Below are positions 49,480-59,616 of a stretch of DNA of 64,000 nucleotides, one piece after another. The position numbers and the translations under genes are program-made. The notes beneath the pieces are model-generated. The model was given only the letters and a program-made list of their open reading frames with translations, had not been told where the DNA came from and did no database searches. Source of the DNA: Promethearchaeota archaeon (lineage in GTDB: Archaea > Asgardarchaeota > Lokiarchaeia > Sigyniarchaeales > SOKP01); NCBI GenBank assembly GCA_008080735.1, contig SHMW01000016.1:1-64000 (forward strand), written 5' to 3'. The stretch's first letter is position 1; each line of letters starts with the position of its first letter.

Positions 49480-51624
49480 ATGAAAAATGATCCAAAAAAT
49501 ATTTCAACCTATGATTGGTCTAAATGGTGGCGTATTCCTCGAGTATTTCTCTATTTATTTGGATTTTTTACTTATTTTTGGTATTTCTGGAGTTTTATTG
49601 GACTTGTAATTGGATTATTATATTTTATTGCAGCAAAAGATTTAGCGTGGAAAAGAAATGGTATCATTCTCTCGCTTTCGATAAGTTTCGTGAGTTTGAC
49701 TATCTATCTTTTTAAAGGTTATCCGCCTCTCACATTTGCTATTTGGTCAGGTCTATTCATAATATTGGGCTATACCTTTATATTGCTGATTTATGAAATT
49801 CTAAAGAGAAAATCAAGGAAGATCCAGATATTTTATCAAAAATTGGAAAGAATTTGGAAAGATTGGTCACATTATTCAAAACAATTCACGAAAATTTCGT
49901 TCATATTGTTTCCCATCGTATCATGGTGTGCTGTGAACTTGGACCTGGGGGTGATGTTTGATAATTATCCAAGGGTTTTATGGATTCATGCTCCATCAAC
50001 AGCTCAAGTTGGTGAAGATTTCGACATTACTGTGGAAGCGTGGGATGCATTTGAGAGGGTTAGCGCAATCTATAAAGGGAGGATTAATTTTTCGGTAATA
50101 TCCTATAATTTATCAACATATGAGAAATTCGACACTACGATCGCCGATCTTCCAGAACCATATACATTTACTGGGCAACTATTCGGCTCGGATATGGCGT
50201 ATGGAATTTTGGATGGAAAGGATAATGGAATCCATCACTTTAGCGCAACTATTAATTCAACTGGAATACATTATATTACGGTTTTTGATAGCGTCACAAA
50301 AAATAGCTACTATAGCAATCCTGTTATTGTAAGGAATTTTACTACACAGAATTCAATGATATATTGGGGAGATATACACACTCATTCTCATCTCTCTGAC
50401 GGGTCTGGATTACCGAACGAGCATTTTTATTACGCGGAAAATGTTGCCCGACTTGATTTTAATGCGCTTACCGATCATGGAGAAATCATGTTATTCTCTC
50501 CAGGATCTCTGGATTTTCTGGAGTCTTCTACAAATAGATTTCACAAACCGAACGATTTTGTGACCTTTCATGGAATTGAATGGACTAACGTGGATACGGG
50601 TCATTATGTCTGCATTTTCAGCGGTGACCAATTATTGAAGAATCCTGTTCTCTCTTATATGACAGTGCCAACAACGGAAGCGTTGTGGGATGCTCTTGAT
50701 GATTTTACCAATCAAACAAATTCTAAAGCTCTTGCATTACCACATCATACTACCAAAAAATCATATATTCAAGACTGGACCCAAATTAATCCCAAATATG
50801 TGCGAATTGCGGAGGTCACATCGGTACATGGAGAATGCTTATTTGAGCAAAGACATGAATTAAATTATCGAGGAGCAATTGATCCCCCTCCCACCTATAC
50901 TCATGGGTCGTCAGTAATCGATGCTTTTTCTATGGGATTCAGAATGACAATGTATTCCTCAAGCGATGAACACGATGGCCATCCGGGGCATAGTCTCAGT
51001 CATACACGTGCTTATATTGGACATCAGCGCCCTTATAGTTTATGGCATACTAGAAATGAACATCCCTATCCCGGGGGAATCACTGCTGTTTTCGCGAGCA
51101 ATTTAACCCGCGAGAGTGTGTTTGATAGTCTTTATCAAGGTAGAATTTTTTCAAGTGCAGATCATGGTCGACCCATTCTCATGTTTGATATAAATAATGT
51201 CGGAGTGGGAGATGGGTCAACGGTTACCGTGAGTGATGAAACCTCACCCAGAAATATATCGGTCTTTTTAGCCCAAGATGGTTCGCCAGTTGCCCTTAAA
51301 TCCCAATCCGCTATTGCACATTCAAACGGAATTCCAAATTGGAATGTTTCGGTTGAGATTATAAAAAATGGTGCCTTATGGAAGACTATTGACATATCAG
51401 CCCCGGTTGCTAATATAACGATAAGCGATACCGAGCCGATTGAGGGTGTTTCCTTTGAGGAGTATTGTATTGAGCGAAATGGAAATTTCTATATCAATCA
51501 ATATAGCAATAACCCTATCAATCCATCGACTCTGAATACTCAAGGCTTTGATTATTATCTCATACGTGTGATCGGAGATAATGGAAGGACTAGTTATACT
51601 GGGCCAATTTGGGTAGAATATTAA
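49480..51624 (+). CDS. Membrane-anchored PHP-domain (DUF3604-like) metallohydrolase with an Ig-like domain
   Basis: N-terminal TMs; WGDIHTHS..SDG, TDH, EWT, PHH, E..S.HG, SSD.H..HPG. Confidence 0.8.
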   Translation: MKNDPKNISTYDWSKWWRIPRVFLYLFGFFTYFWYFWSFIGLVIGLLYFIAAKDLAWKRNGIILSLSISFVSLTIYLFKGYPPLTFAIWSGLFIILGYTFILLIYEILKRKSRKIQIFYQKLERIWKDWSHYSKQFTKISFILFPIVSWCAVNLDLGVMFDNYPRVLWIHAPSTAQVGEDFDITVEAWDAFERVSAIYKGRINFSVISYNLSTYEKFDTTIADLPEPYTFTGQLFGSDMAYGILDGKDNGIHHFSATINSTGIHYITVFDSVTKNSYYSNPVIVRNFTTQNSMIYWGDIHTHSHLSDGSGLPNEHFYYAENVARLDFNALTDHGEIMLFSPGSLDFLESSTNRFHKPNDFVTFHGIEWTNVDTGHYVCIFSGDQLLKNPVLSYMTVPTTEALWDALDDFTNQTNSKALALPHHTTKKSYIQDWTQINPKYVRIAEVTSVHGECLFEQRHELNYRGAIDPPPTYTHGSSVIDAFSMGFRMTMYSSSDEHDGHPGHSLSHTRAYIGHQRPYSLWHTRNEHPYPGGITAVFASNLTRESVFDSLYQGRIFSSADHGRPILMFDINNVGVGDGSTVTVSDETSPRNISVFLAQDGSPVALKSQSAIAHSNGIPNWNVSVEIIKNGALWKTIDISAPVANITISDTEPIEGVSFEEYCIERNGNFYINQYSNNPINPSTLNTQGFDYYLIRVIGDNGRTSYTGPIWVEY

Positions 51625-51633
51625 ATAAAGGAG

Positions 51634-52968
51634 TCATAAAAGAGTTTGAGTAAACATACTGATCTTGTTTTTAATAGCATCTATAGATGTGACTCTGGCA
51701 TCTCCTACATCTAATTCGATCAATAGCATCGGAATTCCAACCTCTTCTCGCAAAGCTTCTCGTAGTAATTTAGGCACAGAGCCAAATTGTTTGCATGCAA
51801 TACTCGAGGTATAAATAAAACAATCTGCTGAATAATCTTTAGCCATCTTCACACAATCTTCTATAAAAGGGTAATATAATTCTGTACTCTGTTTTGTCAT
51901 AGGGAAGTTCATGGTCTTTTTAGCCATATCAAAAAACATATTATCCAATCCATTCTCTGTATCAATTGGATCAGAAAAACTATAATTAAAAATATCAAAC
52001 AAAATGCTCAATCCTAATTCGCGGTCGAGCCATTCACATAAGGAGATATCGAAGAAAGTTAGCATATAAGGCCATATAGATCTTATAGTTTCCTCTTTCC
52101 CATAATGGTCTCCGTTAACATATCGTTTTTTAGCCATATTTTTTATTTTCGAATAAAATGTTATATTCTCCCTTGTTCCAGATAATAGAATTGTTGTAGC
52201 TGCTGAGATTGCATTATAAAGGTTATCTATAGGACTAGGGATAGCTCTAATAAGATCAAAAATCTCTAATTTTATTTGACTAACTCGGTTTTCTATTTCT
52301 ATATGCTTCTTCATTCTATCAAAATCGGGCTCTTGACCGAGAATTTTACCTAGCTTTTTTAGACCATTTTTTAGTTGACTAGCAAAGAATTCATAGCTTT
52401 TTTCTGAATGTGTGTAGGGTAAATCCATAATGACCAAGGGGATTTTTTTTTTATATAAGAAAAAAGGATAAGACGCACATGTATTATCACATGGAGCTGT
52501 AGGGGTTATAATCGCATCAAATTTGATAAGATCGTCTAAGGAAAAGCCCAGAGTCGCTCGTTGACTTGAACAAGTATGGAATGGGTGCCCCCAATTAAGC
52601 ATAATGTCATAGTACTTTTCAACTCCATCCAGTAATAATGCAGCTAATATAAATGAAAGTGATTCAATGCAGATAGGGACACACTCAAAACAAAAAAGAT
52701 ATTCAGCTGGTAGGGAAAAATGATAGCCAACAATAGGAAGATTTTCCTCGGCTTTTACGATATTTTGTTCCAAAACACTTTCTATTTCCCTTAATCCTAC
52801 TCTTAGAGAGGGAGTAGTATTTTTGGGCAGTATACGCTCTACTAATTCACGAGAACTCGATATCGCATCTTTTAACATAATATATGGAAGAATCTTATTT
52901 TCCAATTGGTTTCTAGATTTGGGTAACATTTCTGTGAGAAAGTGGAATAGAATAGATTTAGAATTCAA
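51634..52968 (-). CDS. 2-hydroxyacyl-CoA dehydratase family subunit, paralog of 57147..58436
   Basis: HPFHTCS, TAPCDN, CKQFGS, GIPML.I.LDVGD.R. Confidence 0.85.
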   Translation of the reverse strand: MNSKSILFHFLTEMLPKSRNQLENKILPYIMLKDAISSSRELVERILPKNTTPSLRVGLREIESVLEQNIVKAEENLPIVGYHFSLPAEYLFCFECVPICIESLSFILAALLLDGVEKYYDIMLNWGHPFHTCSSQRATLGFSLDDLIKFDAIITPTAPCDNTCASYPFFLYKKKIPLVIMDLPYTHSEKSYEFFASQLKNGLKKLGKILGQEPDFDRMKKHIEIENRVSQIKLEIFDLIRAIPSPIDNLYNAISAATTILLSGTRENITFYSKIKNMAKKRYVNGDHYGKEETIRSIWPYMLTFFDISLCEWLDRELGLSILFDIFNYSFSDPIDTENGLDNMFFDMAKKTMNFPMTKQSTELYYPFIEDCVKMAKDYSADCFIYTSSIACKQFGSVPKLLREALREEVGIPMLLIELDVGDARVTSIDAIKNKISMFTQTLL

Positions 52969-53123
52969 CTAATAATTTTACTATTATATTAGCTATAAAT
53001 GATAATAAAGTTTGATTTACTAAAATGATTTTTTTGAAATCTGCATCAAATTGAACAGTATTATGGAATGAGCATAAAAGAGATAAATAAAAAAGAAATC
53101 TTATCTTCATACACTCAAAACTT

Positions 53124-53522
53124 TTAAATGCTGTATTTAATGTGTCTGTAATGAATTAAGTCAACAACAAACAAAAATAATCCTTGAATAATTACACCCA
53201 GTCCATTTCCTATTAGAAATGCATTTCCTCCTAGAATAATCAAGAGAATACCAATTACCATATATCCAATGTCTAAATAAGTATTTACCAGTAAGATTTT
53301 TTTTATTCTTTCTAAGTTGAACTCTTTTTTTCGCAAATAAGTAACTAATCCAAGGATTCCATCAATTAGTCCCCAAAAAAATGATTGAAGTAGTATACCT
53401 TTAATCAAATCAGAGGTAGAGAATGGATAAAAAACCGCAGCAAGCATATTGATCCCTCCCCAGACTAATAGGGGAAGTCCAATTCGTTTTCTCAAATTTC
53501 TAATTTTAGACGTTTCATTCAT
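53124..53522 (-). CDS. Small four-TM membrane protein
   Basis: WG.IN, WGLID, N..LD..Y, IIQG.FL...D motifs; start set to MNETS. Confidence 0.65.
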   Translation of the reverse strand: MNETSKIRNLRKRIGLPLLVWGGINMLAAVFYPFSTSDLIKGILLQSFFWGLIDGILGLVTYLRKKEFNLERIKKILLVNTYLDIGYMVIGILLIILGGNAFLIGNGLGVIIQGLFLFVVDLIHYRHIKYSI

Positions 53523-53834
53523 GGTAAAATTGAGACTTATTAAGAATATCAATTTTATGATTACAAATGATTTATTTTTCGTTCTTTCCTCCTTTACTTA
53601 ATAATCTAAAAAATTGGATTATTTAATCTTCCATAAATCTGAAGGAAATTACAGATATTTAATTACATTTTGATGACTTCCATATTCAAATTCTTATTGA
53701 GCAATATTTTATGGAACAGATCTATTTTATATTTATTATATAGATAAACATTATTAATCAATGAAATATCATATTGTATTATTCTTTTAATTCCATAAAT
53801 ATAACGAAATATTATAGAGTTAAAGTGCGAAAAA

Positions 53835-55724
53835 ATGGGAGAAAATCAACCTGTTGATACTGAAGAGCTTATAGTTTTGAAAGAGTTCGAGAAAATTATC
53901 GGACAATCCATACCAATCGCTAACACAATTGAAAATAAATCTGTTGGAGTTTCTATTGAAAATAGAAAGATTATAGCATTAACTATAGTTGGAAAAGATT
54001 TAGTTCGTCTACCCGACTCTATAGGAAATTTAACTTCATTAAAAGAGCTTAATTTGTACCGAAATAAATTAAATTCACTACCAAGTACCATCAAGAATTT
54101 AAATTCACTTGAAATGCTCAATCTTAATGACAATCAAATCAATAATATTCCTCAATCTCTCTTTAAATTAACTAACCTTCAATCTCTTAGCATGTGGAAA
54201 AATGGAATAAAAACATTGCCAGAAGAAATAGGCAATCTTGTAAATCTTTCCTTTCTTGACCTTGAAGTTAACAAATTTGAAAGCTTTCCTGATTCTCTCG
54301 GAAATTTAACAAATCTTAAAGAACTTTGGCTTCAAGGAAATCTTTTAAAGAATCTTCCCGATTCAATCGGTAATCTTACCGTACTCGAAAAATTATATCT
54401 TCATGTAAACCGAATTACTTCTCTTCCTAATTCTATTGGTAGTCTAAAAAATTTAAAATTTTTTGACCTTCATGGAAATAAATTAGAAAATTTACCGGAG
54501 TCTTTCGGTAAGCTTGAAAATTTAATATATCTAAATCTTTATCATAATAAACTACAGAGTCTCCCAGAAAGCTTGAAAAATCTAAAGATGATTCAAGAAC
54601 TAGTACTGGATCATAATGAGCTTTTTGAAATTCCTCCATTTTTGTTTAAACTCAAATCATTGAAAGATCTCAGTATATCTTCTAATAATCTAAAAAAGCT
54701 TTCTAGTTTAATAGGAAACCTTACAAAGTTAGAAACCTTTAGGATTCATAATAATGGTCTAACTGAAATTCCTAAATCCATAGGAAATCTTAAGTCTCTA
54801 CAGTTAATACAACTTCAGTTCAATCAAATCTTTTCTTTACCAAGTTCCATCGGAAATTTAGAAAATCTTAATGAAATTGACCTTTTAAATAATGATTTAG
54901 TGAACCTCCCTGAATCTATTGGTGAACTTAAATCGTTAGAAAAAATTGTTCTTGATCAAAATAAGTTAGAAAATCTCCCCCAAAGTATTGGAGAATTAAC
55001 TAACCTAAGAGAGCTACAACTTAGAAACAATAAGCTAAAAAACCTTCCAAAATCACTGGGAAGTCTGAAAAATCTCAATATATTAGCATTAACTAATAAT
55101 GAATTGAAAAATCTGCCCTCCTCTATAAAAAATCTAAAAAACTTAACCTATTTAAATTTAGCTGGAAATAAATTCACATATGTACCTGAGATAGTTTGTC
55201 AAATTAAATCTCTTCAATATCTTGGTTTATATGACAATCAGATATCCAAAATCCCAGAATGTTTCGAAAATTTGAACGCCTTAAATAATCTTGATCTAAG
55301 TGGTAACTTTTTAACCCATCTTCCCGCTTCAATTGGAAACATGCAGACCTTAGATACGTTGCATCTAAATAATAACCAATTTTCAGATTTACCCGATTAT
55401 TTTAAAAATATGAAATCACTTGAATTCTTGAACTTAGCTTGGAATCAATTTACAAAAATTCCAGATGCTATATTAGGTTTAAAAAATCTTAACCATTTGC
55501 ATATCAATCATAATCAATTAAATGAATTATCTGCATTTATATCAAATTTAGAGAATTTAATATTGCTAAATCTTGGTCATAATAATCTTTCAATACTACC
55601 CGAATCGATTTTGAATCTAAAAAATTTGAGTAATTTATTTTTAGGGGGAAATCCAATTCTTGAATCTCCAAACCCAAATATGAAATCATTAATTGAAAAA
55701 TTAAGATCTAAAAATCTTATTTAG
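53835..55724 (+). CDS. Large leucine-rich repeat protein
   Basis: More than 20 regular 23-aa LRRs; cap ending SLIEKLRSKNLI. Confidence 0.93.
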   Translation: MGENQPVDTEELIVLKEFEKIIGQSIPIANTIENKSVGVSIENRKIIALTIVGKDLVRLPDSIGNLTSLKELNLYRNKLNSLPSTIKNLNSLEMLNLNDNQINNIPQSLFKLTNLQSLSMWKNGIKTLPEEIGNLVNLSFLDLEVNKFESFPDSLGNLTNLKELWLQGNLLKNLPDSIGNLTVLEKLYLHVNRITSLPNSIGSLKNLKFFDLHGNKLENLPESFGKLENLIYLNLYHNKLQSLPESLKNLKMIQELVLDHNELFEIPPFLFKLKSLKDLSISSNNLKKLSSLIGNLTKLETFRIHNNGLTEIPKSIGNLKSLQLIQLQFNQIFSLPSSIGNLENLNEIDLLNNDLVNLPESIGELKSLEKIVLDQNKLENLPQSIGELTNLRELQLRNNKLKNLPKSLGSLKNLNILALTNNELKNLPSSIKNLKNLTYLNLAGNKFTYVPEIVCQIKSLQYLGLYDNQISKIPECFENLNALNNLDLSGNFLTHLPASIGNMQTLDTLHLNNNQFSDLPDYFKNMKSLEFLNLAWNQFTKIPDAILGLKNLNHLHINHNQLNELSAFISNLENLILLNLGHNNLSILPESILNLKNLSNLFLGGNPILESPNPNMKSLIEKLRSKNLI

Positions 55725-55739
55725 GCTTGAGAATTTTAA
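55686..55739 (+). repeat. ~54-bp imperfect direct repeat, copy 1 (3' end of the LRR gene)
   Basis: TCATTAATTGAA.AATTAAGATCTAAAAATCTTATTT... recurs at 56117-56171. Confidence 0.9.
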
Positions 55740-55859
55740 GAAAGGTGCGAAATTATATTATAAAAATATTCATCGGAATCTTCTGAAAAATCTATTTTAG
55801 AACCATTTATTTCAATAAGAGAAATAGAGAATTGCTTATTCATGAAAAGATAGTGAAAA

Positions 55860-56009
55860 TCAATCAGATTTTTTAGATTTAGATTCTTCTTTTAGAAGTT
55901 TTTCAAGAGCTTTATTCCGTTTGAATTCCTTTTTGAGTAAGTAATCACCAAGGCTCTCTTCTGATGTTTCCTGGCTATATTCTTTGGTTTTACTATTATT
56001 GTTGTCCAT
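55860..56009 (-). CDS. Small charged protein, 49 aa; not in the ORF track
   Basis: MDNNNSKTKEYSQETSEESLGDYLLKKEFKRNKALEKLLKEESKSKKSD, ATG preceded by a purine-rich GAGAGA. Confidence 0.5.
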   Translation of the reverse strand: MDNNNSKTKEYSQETSEESLGDYLLKKEFKRNKALEKLLKEESKSKKSD

Positions 56010-56116
56010 TTTAATCTATCTCTCATTATTAATTAGAGTAAATCACTTCAATATTTATCCCTTTTTATTGCAATTTTAGTAAAATGAGATAAAACGGCAA
56101 GGATATGATCACTTCT

Positions 56117-56171
56117 TCATTAATTGAAGAATTAAGATCTAAAAATCTTATTTTAGATTGAGAAATTTTAA
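56117..56171 (+). repeat. ~54-bp imperfect direct repeat, copy 2
   Basis: Reads SLIEELRSKNLILD*, matching the LRR C-terminus. Confidence 0.9.
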
Positions 56172-56275
56172 ATTCAAATCTAATGTGATTTCATTGTTGC
56201 TTAGAGTCATCATCAGAACTTCAAATGGGTCAAAAAGTTTCTGAATTAAATGTTCCAAACAATCAGGAGAGAAAT

Positions 56276-56713
56276 TTAGCTAAAAAGTTCTTCAATATTT
56301 TTCAGACTTTTCACTTTAATTTTTAGTCGTTCGGGGAGCTTATTAATGATTTTTTCATCAGCAGTACAGAAGATCTTTCCCAATCCCAAGCTGAGGGCGA
56401 GATATGACGCATCATAAATTGATAATTTATGATCAACAGCAATCTTAATCATATTTTTGCGTAGATTTTTTTTTATAGTGACTGTATTAAAACCATATTT
56501 CTCTAAGCTCTCTGCTGCATCATCAAGTTCAGATAATTCAAATAGTTTGCTATATTTTAAGGCGTTCAAAACTTCGAAGTACATCAACGATGGCACGATT
56601 AATTCAATATCTCCGTTAATGTATTTTTCTCTTATAATATTTGCTTTATTAGAATGTCTCTCTTCTATAAACCATTTAACTACGATGCTAGCATCAACCA
56701 CAATTTCGAACAT
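56276..56713 (-). CDS. vapC: PIN-domain toxin
   Basis: VVDASIVVKW..E, EV.NAL, SIYDASY, TAD. Confidence 0.92.
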   Translation of the reverse strand: MFEIVVDASIVVKWFIEERHSNKANIIREKYINGDIELIVPSLMYFEVLNALKYSKLFELSELDDAAESLEKYGFNTVTIKKNLRKNMIKIAVDHKLSIYDASYLALSLGLGKIFCTADEKIINKLPERLKIKVKSLKNIEELFS

Positions 56714-56728
56714 TCTACTCCCTCTTTT

Positions 56729-56959
56729 TTAATGTCGTTCCTCTCTGAATTTTCGGATAATATCCACACTATCAAAATCTTTCGGAGCTATTTTACGGAT
56801 TTTTTCATTTAAAAGAACTGCTTTAGCCTTATTTATCTCTCTCTCCTTCTGAATTTCTGTTCTAATTGCATTTCGAATAATTTCACTCCAGTTAAGATGT
56901 TTGAGCGCGTCCATCTTCTTTTTTAGTTCAGAATCAATTCTAATACTAAAGGTTACCAT
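56729..56959 (-). CDS. vapB: RHH-type antitoxin
   Basis: SIRI..ELKKKM....NWSE.IR, S..IIR..R; directly upstream of vapC. Confidence 0.85.
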   Translation of the reverse strand: MVTFSIRIDSELKKKMDALKHLNWSEIIRNAIRTEIQKEREINKAKAVLLNEKIRKIAPKDFDSVDIIRKFREERH

Positions 56960-56990
56960 ATGTATATACATCTAATACGTATATAAAAAT
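56960..56990 (-). promoter_or_regulatory. Probable vapBC promoter with palindromic operator
   Basis: TTTTTATATA box on the minus strand (~56980-56989); palindromes ATGTATATACAT (56960-56971) and ATACGTAT (56975-56982). Confidence 0.55.
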
Positions 56991-57146
56991 ATTACGATTT
57001 GAAATATTAATATTTAGTATTTAGGAATTGTTAATCCAGAGAAAAATATTCTCAATGTTTTGAGATATGGTTATACTTATACTCTTCAGTATTAATTATT
57101 AGATGAGAATGAATTTGAAGATTTAAAAGTATTGAATTAGAATTCC

Positions 57147-58436
57147 TTATAATATTGTTTTAGAAAACATATTGATTTTATCTTTTATTATCTTAGTTGA
57201 GGTAAATCGTTTGTCTCCGACATCGAGATCAATAATTAACATTGGTATTCCAACTTCTTCTCTGAGAGCTTCTCGAAGCACCTGTGGTACCGAACCGAAT
57301 TGTTTGCAACCTAAATGACTGGTAAACACAAAACAATCGGCAGAAAAATCTTTTGCTAACTGAACGCAATTTTCAATGAAAGGATAATAAAATTCCGTAG
57401 ATTCTTTCATCATAGGAAAATTCATACCTCTTCTCGCCATATCATAAAAGAGAGTATCTAAATCTTCTTTTGTGTTTATGGGATTAGAAAAATTATAATT
57501 AAAAATATCAAATAACACACTCATCCCGATTTCTCTATCTAAATATTCGCAAAGACTTAAATCAAAAAATATAAGCATATAAGGCCATATGCTACGTATT
57601 TTCTCCTCCTTACCATATTCACTTTTGTTTTTATATCTCTGCTTTGCGATTTCCAAATACTTTTCATAAAATTCTAATTTTTCCGAAGTCCCGGAAGCAA
57701 ATACGGACACCCCCGCGGAAATGGCATTGAACATATTTTCCACGGGACATGGTTTCGCTTTTCTTAGTTCAAATAATTCTAATTGAATGGCATGGATTTT
57801 ATTTTCGATTTCTATATGCTTCTTCATTCGTTCAAAATCAGGTTCTTGACCTATTATCTGACCTAATTTATTAAGAGACAATTTTAATTGTTGCCCATAA
57901 TACTCATAGCTTTTCTTCTCGTGCAGATAGGGGATATCTGGTATAACTAAAGGTATATCCTTATATTCAAAAAAGGGATAACTTGCGAATGTATTATCAC
58001 ATGGGGCTGTTGGAGTGATGATCGCATCAAATTTAAATAAATCCTCAAGAGTCATTCCCATTACTCCTTTTTGCGAGGTACAAGTATGGAAAGGATGACC
58101 CCAGCTAAGCATTACATCATAAAACTTCTCAACTCCGTCAGGTAATAATGCTGAAAGAAGATAGGAAGTGCCTTCTACACATATTGGCACGCAATCAAAA
58201 CAATACAAATACTCTCTTTGGAAAGCAAAATGATGCCCAATGACGGGCAGTCCATCATTCGCTTTTTCCACGGCACCTTTAATTACTTCTTCAATTGCTT
58301 TAGCACCGATCTTCAAAGATTCAATCTCTCCTTCCGGCAAAATTCTTTCCACTAATTCGCGAGTTGAGGAGATCGAATTGAGAACCATTTCATATGGAAC
58401 AACCTTATTTTCGAATATTTTTTTGTCCATTATCAT
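57147..58436 (-). CDS. 2-hydroxyacyl-CoA dehydratase family subunit (HgdA-like)
   Basis: HPFHTCT, TAPCDN, GCKQFG, LDVGD.R. Confidence 0.85.
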   Translation of the reverse strand: MIMDKKIFENKVVPYEMVLNSISSTRELVERILPEGEIESLKIGAKAIEEVIKGAVEKANDGLPVIGHHFAFQREYLYCFDCVPICVEGTSYLLSALLPDGVEKFYDVMLSWGHPFHTCTSQKGVMGMTLEDLFKFDAIITPTAPCDNTFASYPFFEYKDIPLVIPDIPYLHEKKSYEYYGQQLKLSLNKLGQIIGQEPDFERMKKHIEIENKIHAIQLELFELRKAKPCPVENMFNAISAGVSVFASGTSEKLEFYEKYLEIAKQRYKNKSEYGKEEKIRSIWPYMLIFFDLSLCEYLDREIGMSVLFDIFNYNFSNPINTKEDLDTLFYDMARRGMNFPMMKESTEFYYPFIENCVQLAKDFSADCFVFTSHLGCKQFGSVPQVLREALREEVGIPMLIIDLDVGDKRFTSTKIIKDKINMFSKTIL

Positions 58437-58457
58437 TATTTTATTCTCCTTTTATTT

Positions 58458-59600
58458 CTAGGATATCATCTCTAAGAAGGCTTCTATTCGTGTTTGTAAT
58501 CTTGTGGTATCTGCTTGGAAATTTTCTCTATCGAAATTAAATACAGGGATATTGAGATTTTTTAGTTCATGTTCAAACAGCATATTGTCACATCCATGAA
58601 GATCACAATTATTAATCCTTTGTAAGAGAACGCCATCTATTGCGCCTTTTTGGATTTCTTGTTTGATAAAGTTTAACCTTCGATCGTGATCATCCATAGT
58701 TCTTGGACATGAAGGATTTCGAAAATACAATCGTTTCGCGATTGCTTTAAGAGGATTTGCCATAGTATTGTCTACATCGTCCATTATCGTTTTTTTCCCG
58801 AAGCATAAATTATCTGAGATAATTATTGCATCCGATTCTTCGACCAATTTTGTTAATTGAATATTATCGACAACACTTCCAATCAAAAGAATTCGTTTTT
58901 TTCCTTGGGTATCTAAACCTTCTCTTTTCTTAAAAATTTTTAACAAACGCTCTAATTCCTGATTAGCGATATCCTTCGGAACAGAGCTATTTGCTATAGA
59001 AAGTTGTAGGGCTTCGGTTCCACTCAATTTTGGAGAATCTAACATTCTTAAATCAAATATTTTTCTCAGTAAATGCCGATTTTGATTATAAAGAGCATTA
59101 GAGGATCTTAAATCTTCATCTGTTATTTCTACATCATATGCTTTTTCGATTTTTTCTTTTAATTCTCTTATCTCTTCATAAAACCATTGGAAGCCTTCCT
59201 CAGAAATTATGTGGGGAAGGGCAATATAAAACCGCGGGACGAGTTTATTGAATCCATCTCGCTTAAATACGACCATATCATAGATCTCGAACATTCTTCT
59301 GCTATGATCACAGCTATTACAAATAAATAATCCATCTAAAAAATCATATTCTCCATCCAATGCAAGGTTTAGTGTACTTCTAACGAATGAACAAGTAAAT
59401 CTCACCATATAGGTATCTGCTTTATCTGTATCTGTATTATCAGTTGCTCTTATTCGATACGGGAACATCCCCGCGGCCTCCAATAATTCTTCAGGAATGT
59501 AAGTACAATAATACCCCGCTATCTTCTTATCTGTCCCCTCGATGTGTTGATTTGGTATTTTATTTGCAAGTGATAGGAATGGATCACTTTCTAATCGCAT
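58458..59600 (-). CDS. 2-hydroxyacyl-CoA dehydratase family subunit (HgdB-like)
   Basis: CTYIPEEL..AAG, TCSFVR, NSCDH.RR, NCD.HG, TRIEAFLEM. Confidence 0.9.
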   Translation of the reverse strand: MRLESDPFLSLANKIPNQHIEGTDKKIAGYYCTYIPEELLEAAGMFPYRIRATDNTDTDKADTYMVRFTCSFVRSTLNLALDGEYDFLDGLFICNSCDHSRRMFEIYDMVVFKRDGFNKLVPRFYIALPHIISEEGFQWFYEEIRELKEKIEKAYDVEITDEDLRSSNALYNQNRHLLRKIFDLRMLDSPKLSGTEALQLSIANSSVPKDIANQELERLLKIFKKREGLDTQGKKRILLIGSVVDNIQLTKLVEESDAIIISDNLCFGKKTIMDDVDNTMANPLKAIAKRLYFRNPSCPRTMDDHDRRLNFIKQEIQKGAIDGVLLQRINNCDLHGCDNMLFEHELKNLNIPVFNFDRENFQADTTRLQTRIEAFLEMIS

Positions 59601-59616
59601 AATTCTCCCTCAATAG

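Noticed and set aside
53835-55724. Periodic 69-bp pattern as a CRISPR array or DNA tandem repeat
   Set aside because: Explained by protein-level LRR periodicity with synonymous divergence; there are no identical repeats with spacers.
56172-56275. Possible box C/D sRNA or gene remnant on the minus strand (TGATGA motif, weak hairpin)
   Set aside because: No correctly ordered C and D boxes with a terminal stem, and the short open frame has no recognisable motif.
55724-57147. Integron cassette array or intact mobile element around vapBC
   Set aside because: No integrase or transposase, and no recurring attC-like sites could be identified by eye.
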